Origin: an uncultured Muribaculaceae bacterium
GTDB lineage: Bacteria > Bacteroidota > Bacteroidia > Bacteroidales > Muribaculaceae
Reading direction: 5' to 3'
Assembly: GCA_947174635.1 (NCBI GenBank)
Contig: CAMWJS010000003.1
Location: forward strand, 37,597 to 101,596
DNA length: 64,000 bases
In this document: positions 9,982-21,192 of the stretch, in pieces
How the letters are laid out: every line of letters starts with the position of its first letter
Position numbering within the stretch: the first letter of the stretch is position 1
Program-made: the position numbers and the translations under genes
The notes under the pieces: model-generated
Seen by the model: only the letters and a program-made list of their open reading frames with translations
Database searches by the model: none
Told to the model about the DNA's origin: nothing

Positions 9982-11718
9982 TTATTTTGTTTTACTCTGC
10001 GATTTCCGCTTTTTCAATCGTGACGTCACATTTTTATGTTCGATTTTCCATACCACGGCATTGTAAGGCGCCCCCAGGTAGGTCTTGAACGGAGTGTCGG
10101 AAGCAAAAGCTTTTTCTATCGAAATGCCGGAAAGCAACTCTGTCGCTTTGGCAGTGCCCTGAGGCAGATCGAGCAGATCAAATGCATGTTGCGGTATATT
10201 GATTTCAAGCTCGGCAGGATGCTGGTCAAAATTGACGACAACGAAAAGCGTGACATCGTCATAGCTGCGCAGGAATGCATAATGGCGGTGGGGATTGAAT
10301 TTCGGATTGTTGTAATTGACATACGTAACGTCAAAAAAACGCCCCGAACTTATCGCTTTTTCATTATTGCACAGGCGGAGAATCTTGCGATAATTTTCGC
10401 GCAATTGCTTTTCGTCGTCAGTGAGCATTCGGCCGTCACATTTGCCCCTGTTGCGCCAGCGGCGAAGCGTCGACAGCGACCAGAAGTCAAAGATGGTGGT
10501 ACGTCCGTCCTGTCCGCTATAACCTTCGGCGTCAAGCGCTTTTTCACCGAGCTCCTGTCCCATATATACCATGTATGGCCCGGTCGACAGCATGGTGCTG
10601 ACTATCAATGACGGGAACACAGCTTTTGCATCATTAGCATATTGAGGAGATGCAAAGCGTTGCTCATCATGGTTTTCCTGGAAATTGAGCATTTTGTCAG
10701 AAATACCCTCCACAGTCTGCCAGCATGAGGTTATATTGGCTGCCGATACATTGTGACATTGGATGCCGCGCAAAGTATCATAAAGATTAACCTTGTCGTA
10801 AAGATAGTCGAAGCCTCCGATATTGATGAAGTCGCGATAAAGATGTATATCGTAGATTTCAGCGATAAAAATAATGTCGGGATAGCGCTCCTTGACATTG
10901 GCTATGGCCCAGTTCCAGAATTCTATAGGAACCATGTGGGCCATGTCGCATCTGAAGCCGTCGACTCCCTTTGACGCCCAATATCGCAAGATATGGAGCA
11001 TTTTGAACCATACCGGAGGGATGGGCTCAAGATGACGTGTATGGTCTCCGTAGTCTATTCCATAGTTGAGCTTTATTGTCTCGTACCAGTCGTACTGGTT
11101 GGGAAATGCGTTGAAGCAGTCGTTGCCCGATGCTTTGGCCGGAAATTCCACATAAGCGTCTTCTCCTTCTCCGAGATCGATTGACGGGGAGAACTGCTGA
11201 CGTGTTATATAATAGAAATCATTGGTCGGAGAGAAAAACATTGTGGGGTCGTCATCCGCACCAAGATCTTTGATGCCGGCCGGCTTTACATCCGAATGAT
11301 ACTGGCGTCCTACATGGTTGGGCACAAAGTCTATTATGACTTTCAGTCCGGTGTCATGAGTGCGTTTCACGAGTGCGTCGAATTCATCAAGACGTTGTTC
11401 GACATTGACCGCGATGTCGGGGTCTATATCATAATAGTCGGTGATGGCATAAGGCGAACCCGCTTTGCCTTTTATGACATGACGGTTATGACGGGGAATT
11501 CCGTAGGCGGTGTAATCCACGTCGTGGGCATGTTCGATGACCCCCGTATACCATACATGGGTAACTCCGAGGTCCTTTATGGCTCTCAGCGTAGTGGGGG
11601 TGATATCATTCATCTTTCCCGACCCGTTTTGCTCGATTGTTCCGTTTGGTATACAGTCGGCATTGTTGTTTGCAAACAGTCGGGGAAGCAGTTGATATAT
11701 GATTGGCTTGGTTTTCAT
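9982..11718 (-). CDS. Alpha-amylase family glycoside hydrolase (GH13)
   Basis: 578 aa with GH13 conserved regions DFVPNH, GFRCDMAHMVP, IFIAEIYD and FQENHDEQR. Confidence 0.88.
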   Translation of the reverse strand: MKTKPIIYQLLPRLFANNNADCIPNGTIEQNGSGKMNDITPTTLRAIKDLGVTHVWYTGVIEHAHDVDYTAYGIPRHNRHVIKGKAGSPYAITDYYDIDPDIAVNVEQRLDEFDALVKRTHDTGLKVIIDFVPNHVGRQYHSDVKPAGIKDLGADDDPTMFFSPTNDFYYITRQQFSPSIDLGEGEDAYVEFPAKASGNDCFNAFPNQYDWYETIKLNYGIDYGDHTRHLEPIPPVWFKMLHILRYWASKGVDGFRCDMAHMVPIEFWNWAIANVKERYPDIIFIAEIYDIHLYRDFINIGGFDYLYDKVNLYDTLRGIQCHNVSAANITSCWQTVEGISDKMLNFQENHDEQRFASPQYANDAKAVFPSLIVSTMLSTGPYMVYMGQELGEKALDAEGYSGQDGRTTIFDFWSLSTLRRWRNRGKCDGRMLTDDEKQLRENYRKILRLCNNEKAISSGRFFDVTYVNYNNPKFNPHRHYAFLRSYDDVTLFVVVNFDQHPAELEINIPQHAFDLLDLPQGTAKATELLSGISIEKAFASDTPFKTYLGAPYNAVVWKIEHKNVTSRLKKRKSQSKTK

Positions 11719-12524
11719 TTGGTGATCTGATTTGATTTATAGCGGTCAGCCAGAGGCCATGATTTTAACGCGCTTTTCATTGCGGCGTACCCTCTGATAT
11801 ATACCTGCTGTATTTCTTTTAGGTTAAAGACTTTGTATGATGCAATCTCAGGCGTTTCCACTGCGAGGTCGCAGAGGGTCATGTCATCCTTGACATTGGC
11901 TTTGAGCATAAGTTGATATGTGCGCAATGCGATGTCGATGACACTGTTTTTCTGATTGTTGTCGGGCAGAGGGCTGCAATTGATACCGATAAGGCACTCG
12001 CATTTGTCTCGCAGTATCCAAGATGGCATATTGCGCAAAACGCCTCCGTCCACATATCTTACACCGTCGATTTCCACCGGCCGGAACAATATGGGTATGC
12101 TGCATGATGCTGCCACGGTTTCCACTATATCACCTTTGTCGAAAACTTTCGCTACGCCGTGATCCAGATCGGTAGCGCCGATATACACGGGTATTGGAAG
12201 TTCGCACACATCGTTATAGTTTCCTATCGATTGCCTTAAAAAAGTTTTGAATTTGTCAATTTTAAAAAATCCGCCTCCTTTGACTGTAAGTTCGCAAAAG
12301 TCGCGGAACCTTGCGTCGGTAAATGATTTTATCATTTTAGTCAGAGGGACACCGGCCGCATATAGAGCCGCCACTACAGCCCCGGCGCTGACCCCCGCTA
12401 TTGCGTCAGGCCTGATGCCGCTTTCTTCCAGGGCCTTAAGCGCGCCAACATGGGCAAACCCTTTTGCTCCACCTCCGCTTAATGCTATGCCTATCCGATA
12501 AGGTTTTGGACTGGTTGATGTCAT
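11715..12524 (-). CDS. Patatin-like phospholipase
   Basis: 269 aa with the oxyanion GGGAKG, the nucleophile elbow GVSAGA and the DGG catalytic Asp motif. Its stop overlaps the GH13 start by 4 bp. Confidence 0.88.
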   Translation of the reverse strand: MTSTSPKPYRIGIALSGGGAKGFAHVGALKALEESGIRPDAIAGVSAGAVVAALYAAGVPLTKMIKSFTDARFRDFCELTVKGGGFFKIDKFKTFLRQSIGNYNDVCELPIPVYIGATDLDHGVAKVFDKGDIVETVAASCSIPILFRPVEIDGVRYVDGGVLRNMPSWILRDKCECLIGINCSPLPDNNQKNSVIDIALRTYQLMLKANVKDDMTLCDLAVETPEIASYKVFNLKEIQQVYIRGYAAMKSALKSWPLADRYKSNQITK

Positions 12525-12735
12525 CGGTCTCTGATATTTTTTGCAAATTTACATTTTTATTTTCATATTTTCAGCTAATATTCCGATAAAATGGTCGATA
12601 TTCATTGCAAATATTTTTGTAAATTTGCGGGCGGATAGCATTATTCCTGTTATCTGACGTCGTTTCCCCTGTTTACCGCTATGTCTGCAGAGGCCGACTT
12701 TCAAAATCAATTTTATACACCGATATTTAACAGTA

Positions 12736-15357
12736 ATGGAAGAATTAGCCACAAAGTATAATCCTTCAGAAGTAGAGGATAAATGGTATGCCTATTGGAT
12801 GGAGCATGATTTGTTCCGTTCGGTTCCTGACGCCCGCGAACCTTATACTATAGTCATCCCGCCGCCTAATGTCACCGGCGTGCTTCACATGGGGCATATG
12901 CTCAACAACACTATCCAGGATATCCTTACACGCCGTGCGCGCATGGAAGGTAAAAATGCCTTATGGGTGCCCGGAACAGACCATGCTTCCATTGCTACCG
13001 AAGCAAAGGTTGTCGCAAAACTTGCTTCCGAGGGCATCAGGAAAAGCGACCTCACCCGCGAGGAATTTCTAAAACACGCCTGGGCGTGGACCGAAAAGCA
13101 TGGAGGCATCATATTGAAGCAGCTGCGCAAACTGGGCGCATCGTGCGACTGGAGCCGTACAGCTTTTACAATGGACGAACCTCGCTCAAAGAGCGTAATA
13201 AAAGTATTCGTCGACTTGTTCAACAAAGGCTTGATATATCGCGGTGTACGCATGGTAAACTGGGACCCTGCCGCGCAGACGGCTCTTTCGGATGAGGAAG
13301 TCGTTTATCAGGATGAGCACTCCAAACTCTTCTATCTTCGCTATAAAGTAGTAGGAGAGGAAAACAAATATATTATTGTAGCCACCACACGTCCCGAGAC
13401 TATTCTCGGCGATACAGCCGTATGCGTCAACCCCAACGACGAGCGCTATACGTGGCTCAAAGGAAAACGCGTCATCGTACCGCTTGTAGGCCGCGAAGTT
13501 CCAATCATCATGGACGATTACGTCGAAATGGAATTCGGTACAGGATGTCTGAAAGTAACTCCCGCCCACGATGTCAACGACTACATGCTCGGAGAGAAAT
13601 ACAATCTTCCGACCATTGATATCTTTAATGACAACGGAACAATCTCCGAAGCAGGAGGAATGTATGTCGGCAAAGACAGGTTCGACGTGCGTAAGGAGAT
13701 TATCGAAGACCTAAAGAATGCTGACCTTGTCGAAAAAATCGAAGACTACGACAATAAAGTCGGATATTCCGAACGCACCAAGGTTGTTATCGAGCCAAAG
13801 CTCTCCATGCAATGGTTCCTGAAAATGGACCGTCTGACCGTACCTGCGCTCAACGCTGTTATGGACGACGACATCAAGTTCTTCCCTCCGAAATTCAAGA
13901 ACACCTACCGCCACTGGATGACTGATACAAAAGACTGGTGCATTTCCCGTCAGCTCTGGTGGGGACATAATATCCCCGCATGGTATCTGCCTGAGGGTGG
14001 CTACGTAGTGGCCGAGACGGAGGAAGATGCATTGAAACTCGCCCGTGAGAAAACTGGCAATGACACCCTGCAGCTCAGCGACCTTCGCCGCGATGAGGAT
14101 TGTCTCGACACATGGTTCAGCTCATGGCTTTGGCCTATTACGCTTTTCGACGGCATCTTGAATCCCGACAACGAGGAAATCAGATATTACTATCCGACGT
14201 CCGACCTTGTAACCGGTCCTGACATCATATTCTTCTGGGTGGCACGTATGATAATCGCGGGATACGAATACATCAATGACAAACCGTTTAAAAACGTATA
14301 TTTTACCGGAATCGTACGCGATAAGATCGGCCGCAAAATGTCAAAGCAGCTGGGCAACTCTCCCGACCCTCTTGACCTGATTGCAACTTATGGCGCCGAC
14401 GGTGTGCGTATGGGTATGATGATGTCGGCTCCTGCCGGCAACGACATCATGTTTGATGACAAATTATGTGAAAACGGACGTAACTTCTGTAATAAGATTT
14501 GGAATGCGTTCCGTCTTATCAAAGGCTGGGATGTCAAAGATGGCGAGCAGCCCGAAAGTTCCCGCATCGCTGCCGAGTGGTTTGAGGCTAAATTGTCTGC
14601 TACAATAGAGGAAGTCAACGACCTGTTTGGCAAATTCCGCTTGTCGGAGGCCTTGACCGCAATCTATAAACTGTTCTGGGATGAGTTCTCTTCCTGGTAT
14701 CTCGAAATGATCAAGCCTGCCTACGGACAACCGGTCGACAAGGCTACATATGAGACTACTCTTGGATTCTTCGACTCGTTGCTGCGTCTGCTTCATCCGT
14801 TCATGCCGTTCATCACCGAAGAGCTTTGGCAACACCTTGCTCCCCGTCGCGAAGGAGAGTCGATAATGTATGCTGCTATGCCGAAGGCGAAGTCTTTCGA
14901 CGAAAAGATTCTTGCCGGAATGGAAGTTACCAAAGAGGTAATTACTGGAGTCCGCGGTGTGCGCGCCTCCAAAAATATACCGCTGAAAGATATGCTCTCG
15001 CTCAATGTTATGAAAGAGAGCGCAGGCATGGCCGATGGTCTTGTAATGAAACTCGCCAATGTAGAGGCGGTCAATTACAATGCCGCTAAAGATGCTTCTG
15101 CGGTAAGTTTCATGGTCGGTACCATAGAATTCAATATCCCTCTTTCAGGTAAGATTGATACATCGGCTGAACTTGAGCGCCTGCGCAAAGAAGAGTCTTA
15201 TCTTGAAGGCTTCCTTGCAAGCGTCATGAAAAAGCTTTCCAACGAGCGCTTCGTAAACAATGCTCCTGCAGCAGTAGTCGAAGGCGAGAAGAAAAAGCAG
15301 GCCGATGCCGAAAGCAAGCTCGCCAACATACGTGCTTCTATAGCGGCCTTGTCATAA
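12736..15357 (+). CDS. valS: Valine--tRNA ligase
   Basis: 873 aa with a HIGH-type motif (LHMGHML), KMSKQLGN (KMSKS) and a C-terminal coiled coil. Confidence 0.96.
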   Translation: MEELATKYNPSEVEDKWYAYWMEHDLFRSVPDAREPYTIVIPPPNVTGVLHMGHMLNNTIQDILTRRARMEGKNALWVPGTDHASIATEAKVVAKLASEGIRKSDLTREEFLKHAWAWTEKHGGIILKQLRKLGASCDWSRTAFTMDEPRSKSVIKVFVDLFNKGLIYRGVRMVNWDPAAQTALSDEEVVYQDEHSKLFYLRYKVVGEENKYIIVATTRPETILGDTAVCVNPNDERYTWLKGKRVIVPLVGREVPIIMDDYVEMEFGTGCLKVTPAHDVNDYMLGEKYNLPTIDIFNDNGTISEAGGMYVGKDRFDVRKEIIEDLKNADLVEKIEDYDNKVGYSERTKVVIEPKLSMQWFLKMDRLTVPALNAVMDDDIKFFPPKFKNTYRHWMTDTKDWCISRQLWWGHNIPAWYLPEGGYVVAETEEDALKLAREKTGNDTLQLSDLRRDEDCLDTWFSSWLWPITLFDGILNPDNEEIRYYYPTSDLVTGPDIIFFWVARMIIAGYEYINDKPFKNVYFTGIVRDKIGRKMSKQLGNSPDPLDLIATYGADGVRMGMMMSAPAGNDIMFDDKLCENGRNFCNKIWNAFRLIKGWDVKDGEQPESSRIAAEWFEAKLSATIEEVNDLFGKFRLSEALTAIYKLFWDEFSSWYLEMIKPAYGQPVDKATYETTLGFFDSLLRLLHPFMPFITEELWQHLAPRREGESIMYAAMPKAKSFDEKILAGMEVTKEVITGVRGVRASKNIPLKDMLSLNVMKESAGMADGLVMKLANVEAVNYNAAKDASAVSFMVGTIEFNIPLSGKIDTSAELERLRKEESYLEGFLASVMKKLSNERFVNNAPAAVVEGEKKKQADAESKLANIRASIAALS

Positions 15358-15375
15358 AACATATATAATACTGCA

Positions 15376-15436
15376 TAATAAATAAAGATGGGAAAAGGAG
15401 TCCGGAGGACAAACTTTTCCCATCTTTATTTATTAT
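15376..15436. terminator. Bidirectional terminator hairpin between valS and the convergent SBP gene
   Basis: 23-bp stem ataataaataaagatgggaaaag (15376-15398) / cttttcccatctttatttattat (15414-15436). Confidence 0.7.
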
Positions 15437-15447
15437 GAGTATATCGT

Positions 15448-16287
15448 TTACATCTTGACAGGCTTTTCATTGAAATACCGGTCAACCAGTTTCTCAAATT
15501 GCGGTGTGGATTTAAAGCGGGCAATCCATACATTCAGGCTGTCAAGCAACCTTGGCTTCTCAGGTGCTACTGCCCATGATTGGAACTGATTGAATGAAAG
15601 GGTTACCGATATGTCGAGCTGCGGATAATCTTTAGCTATATTGCGGGCGGTCTGTTCGTTTACAACAACATTTTTAAGCTGTCCGATAGCCGTAAGCAAC
15701 ATCATCTGTTCCGGTCCATAATGCCTGTCCTGAAATACATATATTGTATCGCCAAGCTCACGTGAGAGATTTCTGAGCCGGGACAAAAATGGCGATTGAG
15801 CTGCGATATAGACCGTATCACCGCGCAAATCAGATTGCGTGCGTATCGGCGGTAAGCCGGTGACAGAATCAGCAAGTTGCACAAGCGTCTGCCTGTCAGC
15901 ATATATCGGATTGGTAAACAGATATCTGTCGCGCAATTCTGACGTAATTGGGATATCAGATATCACAATATCATATTTTCCGTTTTCAAGATTGTCAAGA
16001 GCGTTTGTCACTTGAGTGAAGCCCTCGATCTTCAATGCCAGATGTTCCCGGGCGGCCATCTGGCGTATCATGTCATAATAAAATCCGCCGAGAGTGTCGC
16101 CATGTGTCGATACTCCTATCGGAGAAATCTGTATTGCAACTTTCAAAGAATCTGCGACATGGGGCGAACCTGCTTCTGCAAATCCCTTCCTTGAAAGGTT
16201 ACGCGTAAAAAACATGATTACGAAAACTCCGGCCAATAAAGCCAGATATAATATGATATGCCCTTTTTTCAACTTCAAACGTTCCAT
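15448..16287 (-). CDS. Membrane-anchored solute-binding (SBP family 3 / MltF-N-like) domain protein
   Basis: 279 aa with an N-terminal TM anchor (IILYLALLAGVFVIMFF) followed by a periplasmic-binding-protein type II pattern (GFYYDMIRQMA..KYDIVISDIPIT..R). Confidence 0.65.
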   Translation of the reverse strand: MERLKLKKGHIILYLALLAGVFVIMFFTRNLSRKGFAEAGSPHVADSLKVAIQISPIGVSTHGDTLGGFYYDMIRQMAAREHLALKIEGFTQVTNALDNLENGKYDIVISDIPITSELRDRYLFTNPIYADRQTLVQLADSVTGLPPIRTQSDLRGDTVYIAAQSPFLSRLRNLSRELGDTIYVFQDRHYGPEQMMLLTAIGQLKNVVVNEQTARNIAKDYPQLDISVTLSFNQFQSWAVAPEKPRLLDSLNVWIARFKSTPQFEKLVDRYFNEKPVKM

Positions 16288-16355
16288 ATATCATACGTGT
16301 TTCATGGGGCTCCGATTTGCGCAGCCTCTTTATTGACAACAAATCAGACGTGGCA

Positions 16356-18335
16356 TTAGTTGGCGAAATCGATTGACAGTCCCAGCTGGAAACGGCGTGG
16401 ATTAAGCGGATATCCGGGCATCGAGAACCAGTTGTTTCCGCCGAAAACTCCCTGGTTGACATGCGAAAACAGGATATAAAAACGGGTTTTGCTCAGTTTG
16501 AAATTCATGTAAGCGTTGACAAACGGATAGTTGCCACACTCTGCTTCACGCTGATTGTAGAACGACATTGTTGCCGGCTGATAGGCGACGCTCTTGTATT
16601 TCGTATAGTAATCGCAATCAATGCCGAACTGTACGTCGAGCACCCGTGCCACCTTGAACTTTATAAACATGTTTGAATACACCGCCAGTTTAGGCATAGG
16701 TATCACCGCATCATCCGACGATGTCTGATACGTCAGGCGATTCTGCCAGTTGAATATCCCGAATTTGAAATCCTGTTGAAGCGACGCACTGAACACCTGT
16801 ACGCTTGAACCGCATTGGGTCGGAAGCGCAGACCCATTGAAATATACAAGATTTTGTACATTTTCCACGCCGGCACTGATTGTTGTGGATGTGCGTGGCA
16901 GGCTTATTTGTCCTCCGGCACGCAAACGGCGCGTCATCCCGAAGTCGTTGTCCCATGCGAAGTGATTGCTTACGTAATGCTGAAGCAAGTACGGTACATT
17001 CGTATTTGAAAAGGCTCCGTAGGCGCTTACGTTAAGAGTATCACCCCTTATAGGTATATGTGTATAGATGTTTCCTCGCACGTCGACTTCTCCGGCTGCC
17101 TCTCCGATGATACCGATGCGTCCGGTAGCGTCATAATTGAGTATTCGCCCCTGTCGGCGCAGTAGTTGCGCTCCTGCCCATACGTAGTTTTCTCCTTTTG
17201 TTGTGGGTATGTTTGCGAAGGGCAGAGGGGTGAGCATTTCCGGGAGCGGCTCGGCACGGTTTATCGTGTCCTCCGGCTGCGTGTAGTGTCGGTATTCATG
17301 TGTCAGGAATACGGCCAGCCCGGCTTTCGCATATTTGTGAAATCCTTCAAGCAGACTTACTCCGAATGTATTTCTGATACTGTAGTAACTTGACTTGTCG
17401 TTTGTCTGAAGAGGATTAAGATAAGTATTCCCCCAGAACTCCTGCGCCTCGTTTGCATTCTCGTTTCTGAATGTGTGACGCGCGTCTTTATAGTCAAGCG
17501 TCCATATGAAACTCGACACCGGCACATATTCCTGTTTAACACTGTCGCCGTCAAGAACATCTTTGTAAAAACCGACCTTATACTTTGAGTTGAGATACAG
17601 TTGCGTCCCTGCCACACGGTTGTGCGCGCTGCTCAGCCGCGTCGGTATGGTCTTGTAATCTACAGATGTCGAACCACCCTGGATTTCTGCCGGATTGGTA
17701 ATATAACGGTCATCCGAAATTCCTCCATTCTCTTTATTTACGGCATTGTAATGCTGTAAGAATCCTTGAAACTCAAATCTGTCACCGATATATGAACCGG
17801 ACAGTCCCCATGACAGATGCTTTGTCGCCTGATAATTGAATGACCCCTTGGAATACAGATAGTCAAGCATCGCACCAACTTGAGCGCGTGAATTGATATT
17901 GCCCGAGAAATCCGCCTTAAGCCGGTCCTGAGCTGTTTCCTTGCCACCTCCGAAATTGTAAGATGCCAACGTCATGGGAATACGGGTATTATAGAACCGT
18001 TGGGTCTCTAAAGACGGTAGCCACGCCTGCAATGCATCCCTGAAAAAGAAATCTGATGCACCGGGGCGCTCAAAATATATGAGATTATATCCTTCTCCTC
18101 CGAGATTACCCGTCGTGGCGTATGCTATGCTGCGTGCCGAGGGGACTGATTGCTGGGCGTAATTCAGAAAATTGGTGTCGACGGGAGCCGCTTCGCGTTC
18201 GCCAAGAGGCGAGACTATGCGCCATGCCGATGCTTTTTGGACTATCTCTGGCGCTTTTTTTGTCTCATTATCCTGAGCCTGAACCGCAGCAGTTCCTATT
18301 AAGCCCGAAAGTAATATGATTGTGGTTCGTTTCAT
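16356..18335 (-). CDS. Outer-membrane beta-barrel 'putative porin' family protein
   Basis: The track ORF 16356..18470 is over-extended. A signal peptide MKRTTIILLSGLIGTAAVQAQ starts at the ATG at 18335. The protein has alternating beta-strand periodicity, is rich in aromatics and Gly, and ends in the barrel-closing ..GLSIDFAN. Confidence 0.75.
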   Translation of the reverse strand: MKRTTIILLSGLIGTAAVQAQDNETKKAPEIVQKASAWRIVSPLGEREAAPVDTNFLNYAQQSVPSARSIAYATTGNLGGEGYNLIYFERPGASDFFFRDALQAWLPSLETQRFYNTRIPMTLASYNFGGGKETAQDRLKADFSGNINSRAQVGAMLDYLYSKGSFNYQATKHLSWGLSGSYIGDRFEFQGFLQHYNAVNKENGGISDDRYITNPAEIQGGSTSVDYKTIPTRLSSAHNRVAGTQLYLNSKYKVGFYKDVLDGDSVKQEYVPVSSFIWTLDYKDARHTFRNENANEAQEFWGNTYLNPLQTNDKSSYYSIRNTFGVSLLEGFHKYAKAGLAVFLTHEYRHYTQPEDTINRAEPLPEMLTPLPFANIPTTKGENYVWAGAQLLRRQGRILNYDATGRIGIIGEAAGEVDVRGNIYTHIPIRGDTLNVSAYGAFSNTNVPYLLQHYVSNHFAWDNDFGMTRRLRAGGQISLPRTSTTISAGVENVQNLVYFNGSALPTQCGSSVQVFSASLQQDFKFGIFNWQNRLTYQTSSDDAVIPMPKLAVYSNMFIKFKVARVLDVQFGIDCDYYTKYKSVAYQPATMSFYNQREAECGNYPFVNAYMNFKLSKTRFYILFSHVNQGVFGGNNWFSMPGYPLNPRRFQLGLSIDFAN

Positions 18336-18345
18336 CGCTTTGTTT

Positions 18346-18870
18346 CTATATCCTTTTGCTGTCCACATAGTCCTGACATTCCTCTGAAATTCTGTCCTTA
18401 AAACTCCTGCCTCCCGGCATTCCGTATCCTGTTCGGCTGCCTGTATATTCCAAGGCGACATCAAGTTCATTATTGCTGTCGGACAATATGAGATAATTCC
18501 TGACTATGCCGCAGATACCGTTGTACAACGTTTCCGAGTAATAATACCGGTCTTCATATTGAAGCGCAAGAGTGATTATATACTGGTATAGTCTGTAACG
18601 GTATTGAATGTCGGGATGGAAACTTTCAAATCCCTTGATAAGTTTTTTTATTACCGATATACGGGTCTTCGACCTGTTCCATTTTGATTTGGCAAACTCT
18701 TTGTCAAGAGCTTTCTGGTACTTCTCAAAAAGCTTTTTCGAGTCCGGATTAAGGAAGAAATTGAAATAATCTTTCACTTCCGGCCGCGAATCATACAAGT
18801 CCAGAACTACTTCGATAATCTGTTCCTTGGTGTAGCCTGACAATTCTTTTTTGAGAGCGGTTTTCGACAT
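18346..18870 (-). CDS. Conserved hypothetical protein (DUF6155-like)
   Basis: 174-aa helical protein MSKTALKKELSGYTKEQIIEVVLDLYDSRPEVKDYFNFFLNP.., ending 10 bp upstream of the corrected porin start. Confidence 0.6.
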   Translation of the reverse strand: MSKTALKKELSGYTKEQIIEVVLDLYDSRPEVKDYFNFFLNPDSKKLFEKYQKALDKEFAKSKWNRSKTRISVIKKLIKGFESFHPDIQYRYRLYQYIITLALQYEDRYYYSETLYNGICGIVRNYLILSDSNNELDVALEYTGSRTGYGMPGGRSFKDRISEECQDYVDSKRI

Positions 18871-18925
18871 AAAAATGCATTATAGCCATTTACATCACAA
18901 AATAACGAAAAGTTAGCCACATATA

Positions 18926-18963
18926 CAAAAAAGCTACCGTCTTTTGCCGTGCGACGGTAGCTT
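18926..18963 (-). terminator. Rho-independent terminator of the S9 peptidase/ygiQ transcription unit
   Basis: Stem aagctaccgtc (18931-18941) / gacggtagctt (18953-18963). On the minus strand it is followed by a T-run (complement of aaaaaa at 18926-18931). Confidence 0.7.
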
Positions 18964-19020
18964 TCCTGATTATTTATGCCGACAAATCGGCTTGGTCGGA
19001 TGAATACATCATCTGTCGTT

Positions 19021-21192
19021 TCATTTTGTCTGCGCTGCGTCCTCTTGATTTTCTGAGGTGGCCAGCAACGCCGGATTGGTGTAGTCTACGCCTTTGAGCC
19101 ATTTGTCGAGCCAGCGGAAGAATACACGCTGCCACAGGATTGCATTCTGGGGCTTAAGTATCCAGTGGTTTTCATCGGGGAAGACAACCATTTCGGCGGG
19201 AATGCCACGCAACCTTGCGGCATTGAATGCCATCATGCCCTGCGATGCAAGTATACGGAAATCATATTCTCCGTGCGTTACCAGTATCGGGGTATCCCAT
19301 TTGTCGACAAATTTATGGGGCGATGCTGCGAATGTGCGCTGTGCGGCCGCATTGTCTTTGTCCCAGAACGCGCCACCCATATCCCAGTTGGCGAACCACA
19401 TCTCTTCCGTCTCGAGATACTGCGACTCCATGTTGAATATGCCGGCATGTGCGATAAGGCAGGCGAAACGGCCGTCGTGATTGCCTGCCAGCCAGTAAAC
19501 GGAGAATCCGCCGTAGCTTGCACCTACAGCACCGATATGATCGGCATCGACATACGGTTTTTCTTTCATGAAGTCAACAGCCGACAGATAGTCCTTCATG
19601 TTCTGGCCGGGATAGTCTTTTGATATCTGCGCGTTCCATTCCGTTCCGAAGCCGGGGAGTCCGCGACGGTTAGGTGCGATTACGATATAACCGTTGGCAG
19701 CCATGAGGGCGAGGTTCCAGCGGTAGCTCCAGAACTGGCTGATAGCCTGCTGAGGACCGCCCTGACAGTAAAGTATCGCGGGATATTTTTTGTTCGGGTC
19801 GAAGTTCTGGGGATATACAACCCATGTCGTCATCTCTTTTCCGTCAGTTGTTGGCACCATGACTTTCTCTACGGTAGGCATGGTCAGCTGTCCGAATATA
19901 TCTTTGTTTACTTCGGTGAGCTGACGCACCTGGCCGTTCTCGACAACACAAAGTTCATTTGGCTGAAGCATTGAATGGCGCATGGTCACAAGTGTGGTTT
20001 CATTGACGGGACACAATGCCGCATAGTCGAACAGTCCGGCGTTATCCATCACCGGATTTATCTCTTTTGTAGCAATGTTGACATTGAAAATGGGCTCTTC
20101 TCCAAGATAAGGAGCGGTAAAGTAGATGCTCTTGCCATCCTTAGCCCATGCGATAAGGTCGGCGGTGAAATCCCAGTCTGAAGTCAGGTCGGTTTTTTCG
20201 CCGGTGGTTGTGTCGAGAATGAAGATGCGGTTTTTGTCGCTCTCGTATCCGTCATGCTCCATGCTGAGCCATGCTACATAGCGGCCGTCAGGAGAGTAGG
20301 CAGGAGCCGTGTCATAACCCATCATGCCCTCGGTGATATTCTCGGTTTTCTTGCTTTCGAGGTCATAGAGATAGAGGTCGCTGTTGGTCGACAGAGAGTA
20401 TTCCATGCCGGTCTTTTTGCGGCTCACATAGATAAGTTGCTTGCCGTCGGGCGACCAAGTAAACGACTCTGCGCCTCCGAACGGACGCATCGGTGCCTCG
20501 AACGGCTCGTCCTGCATGATGTCGGTTACATTGGTGATTTTGTTGCCGTCGAAATCTGCTACAAAGGGGTGGGGGATTTCAGTAACCCATTCATCCCAGT
20601 GCTTGTACATAAGGTCATCGACGATATAAGCGTTGGCCTTAGTCAGATCAGGATAGACATCGGCGGGCGTGCGGTTGTATTTCACACGTCCGATTATCAC
20701 TACCTTTTTCTCATCTGCGGAAAAGAGAAAACCTTCAATACCGCCTTCGATATTGCTTATCTTTGTTTTCCCTTTGCCGTCGGCGCTCATCACGTAGAGT
20801 TGTGTCGATGTGCCGTCCGATGCGAGATAGGCAATTTTATTGCCGTTGTCAATCCACACAGCTGAATTTTCTGATTCTGCCGTACGGGTCAGACGCTGCG
20901 GTTCTCCACCCTTGATGTCTACTACATAAAGTTCGTTGTTGCTTTTGTTTTGCTCTACGCTCTCATAAGAGATGCCGAACAGTACCTTACTGCCGTCGGG
21001 CGATACCTGCGGATTGCTCACTCTACCCAATGCCTCGAGTGCGTCGATTGAGAATATACCGTCGGCTGAATGGAATTCCGGCCGTTCGATGATATTCTCA
21101 TCGTTCGAGTTGCAACCTGTCGCTCCTACAATCATAGCAGTCATTGCAATTGTTGTTAATGTTTTGTTCATAAATAAAAACTTTTGGTTCAA
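19021..21192 (-). CDS. S9 family serine peptidase (prolyl oligopeptidase/dipeptidyl-peptidase type) lipoprotein
   Basis: 723 aa with a lipobox ..IVGATGC, an N-terminal beta-propeller region and a C-terminal hydrolase domain with GASYGG (GxSxGG). The alternative start is the ATG at 21171. Confidence 0.88.
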   Translation of the reverse strand: MNQKFLFMNKTLTTIAMTAMIVGATGCNSNDENIIERPEFHSADGIFSIDALEALGRVSNPQVSPDGSKVLFGISYESVEQNKSNNELYVVDIKGGEPQRLTRTAESENSAVWIDNGNKIAYLASDGTSTQLYVMSADGKGKTKISNIEGGIEGFLFSADEKKVVIIGRVKYNRTPADVYPDLTKANAYIVDDLMYKHWDEWVTEIPHPFVADFDGNKITNVTDIMQDEPFEAPMRPFGGAESFTWSPDGKQLIYVSRKKTGMEYSLSTNSDLYLYDLESKKTENITEGMMGYDTAPAYSPDGRYVAWLSMEHDGYESDKNRIFILDTTTGEKTDLTSDWDFTADLIAWAKDGKSIYFTAPYLGEEPIFNVNIATKEINPVMDNAGLFDYAALCPVNETTLVTMRHSMLQPNELCVVENGQVRQLTEVNKDIFGQLTMPTVEKVMVPTTDGKEMTTWVVYPQNFDPNKKYPAILYCQGGPQQAISQFWSYRWNLALMAANGYIVIAPNRRGLPGFGTEWNAQISKDYPGQNMKDYLSAVDFMKEKPYVDADHIGAVGASYGGFSVYWLAGNHDGRFACLIAHAGIFNMESQYLETEEMWFANWDMGGAFWDKDNAAAQRTFAASPHKFVDKWDTPILVTHGEYDFRILASQGMMAFNAARLRGIPAEMVVFPDENHWILKPQNAILWQRVFFRWLDKWLKGVDYTNPALLATSENQEDAAQTK

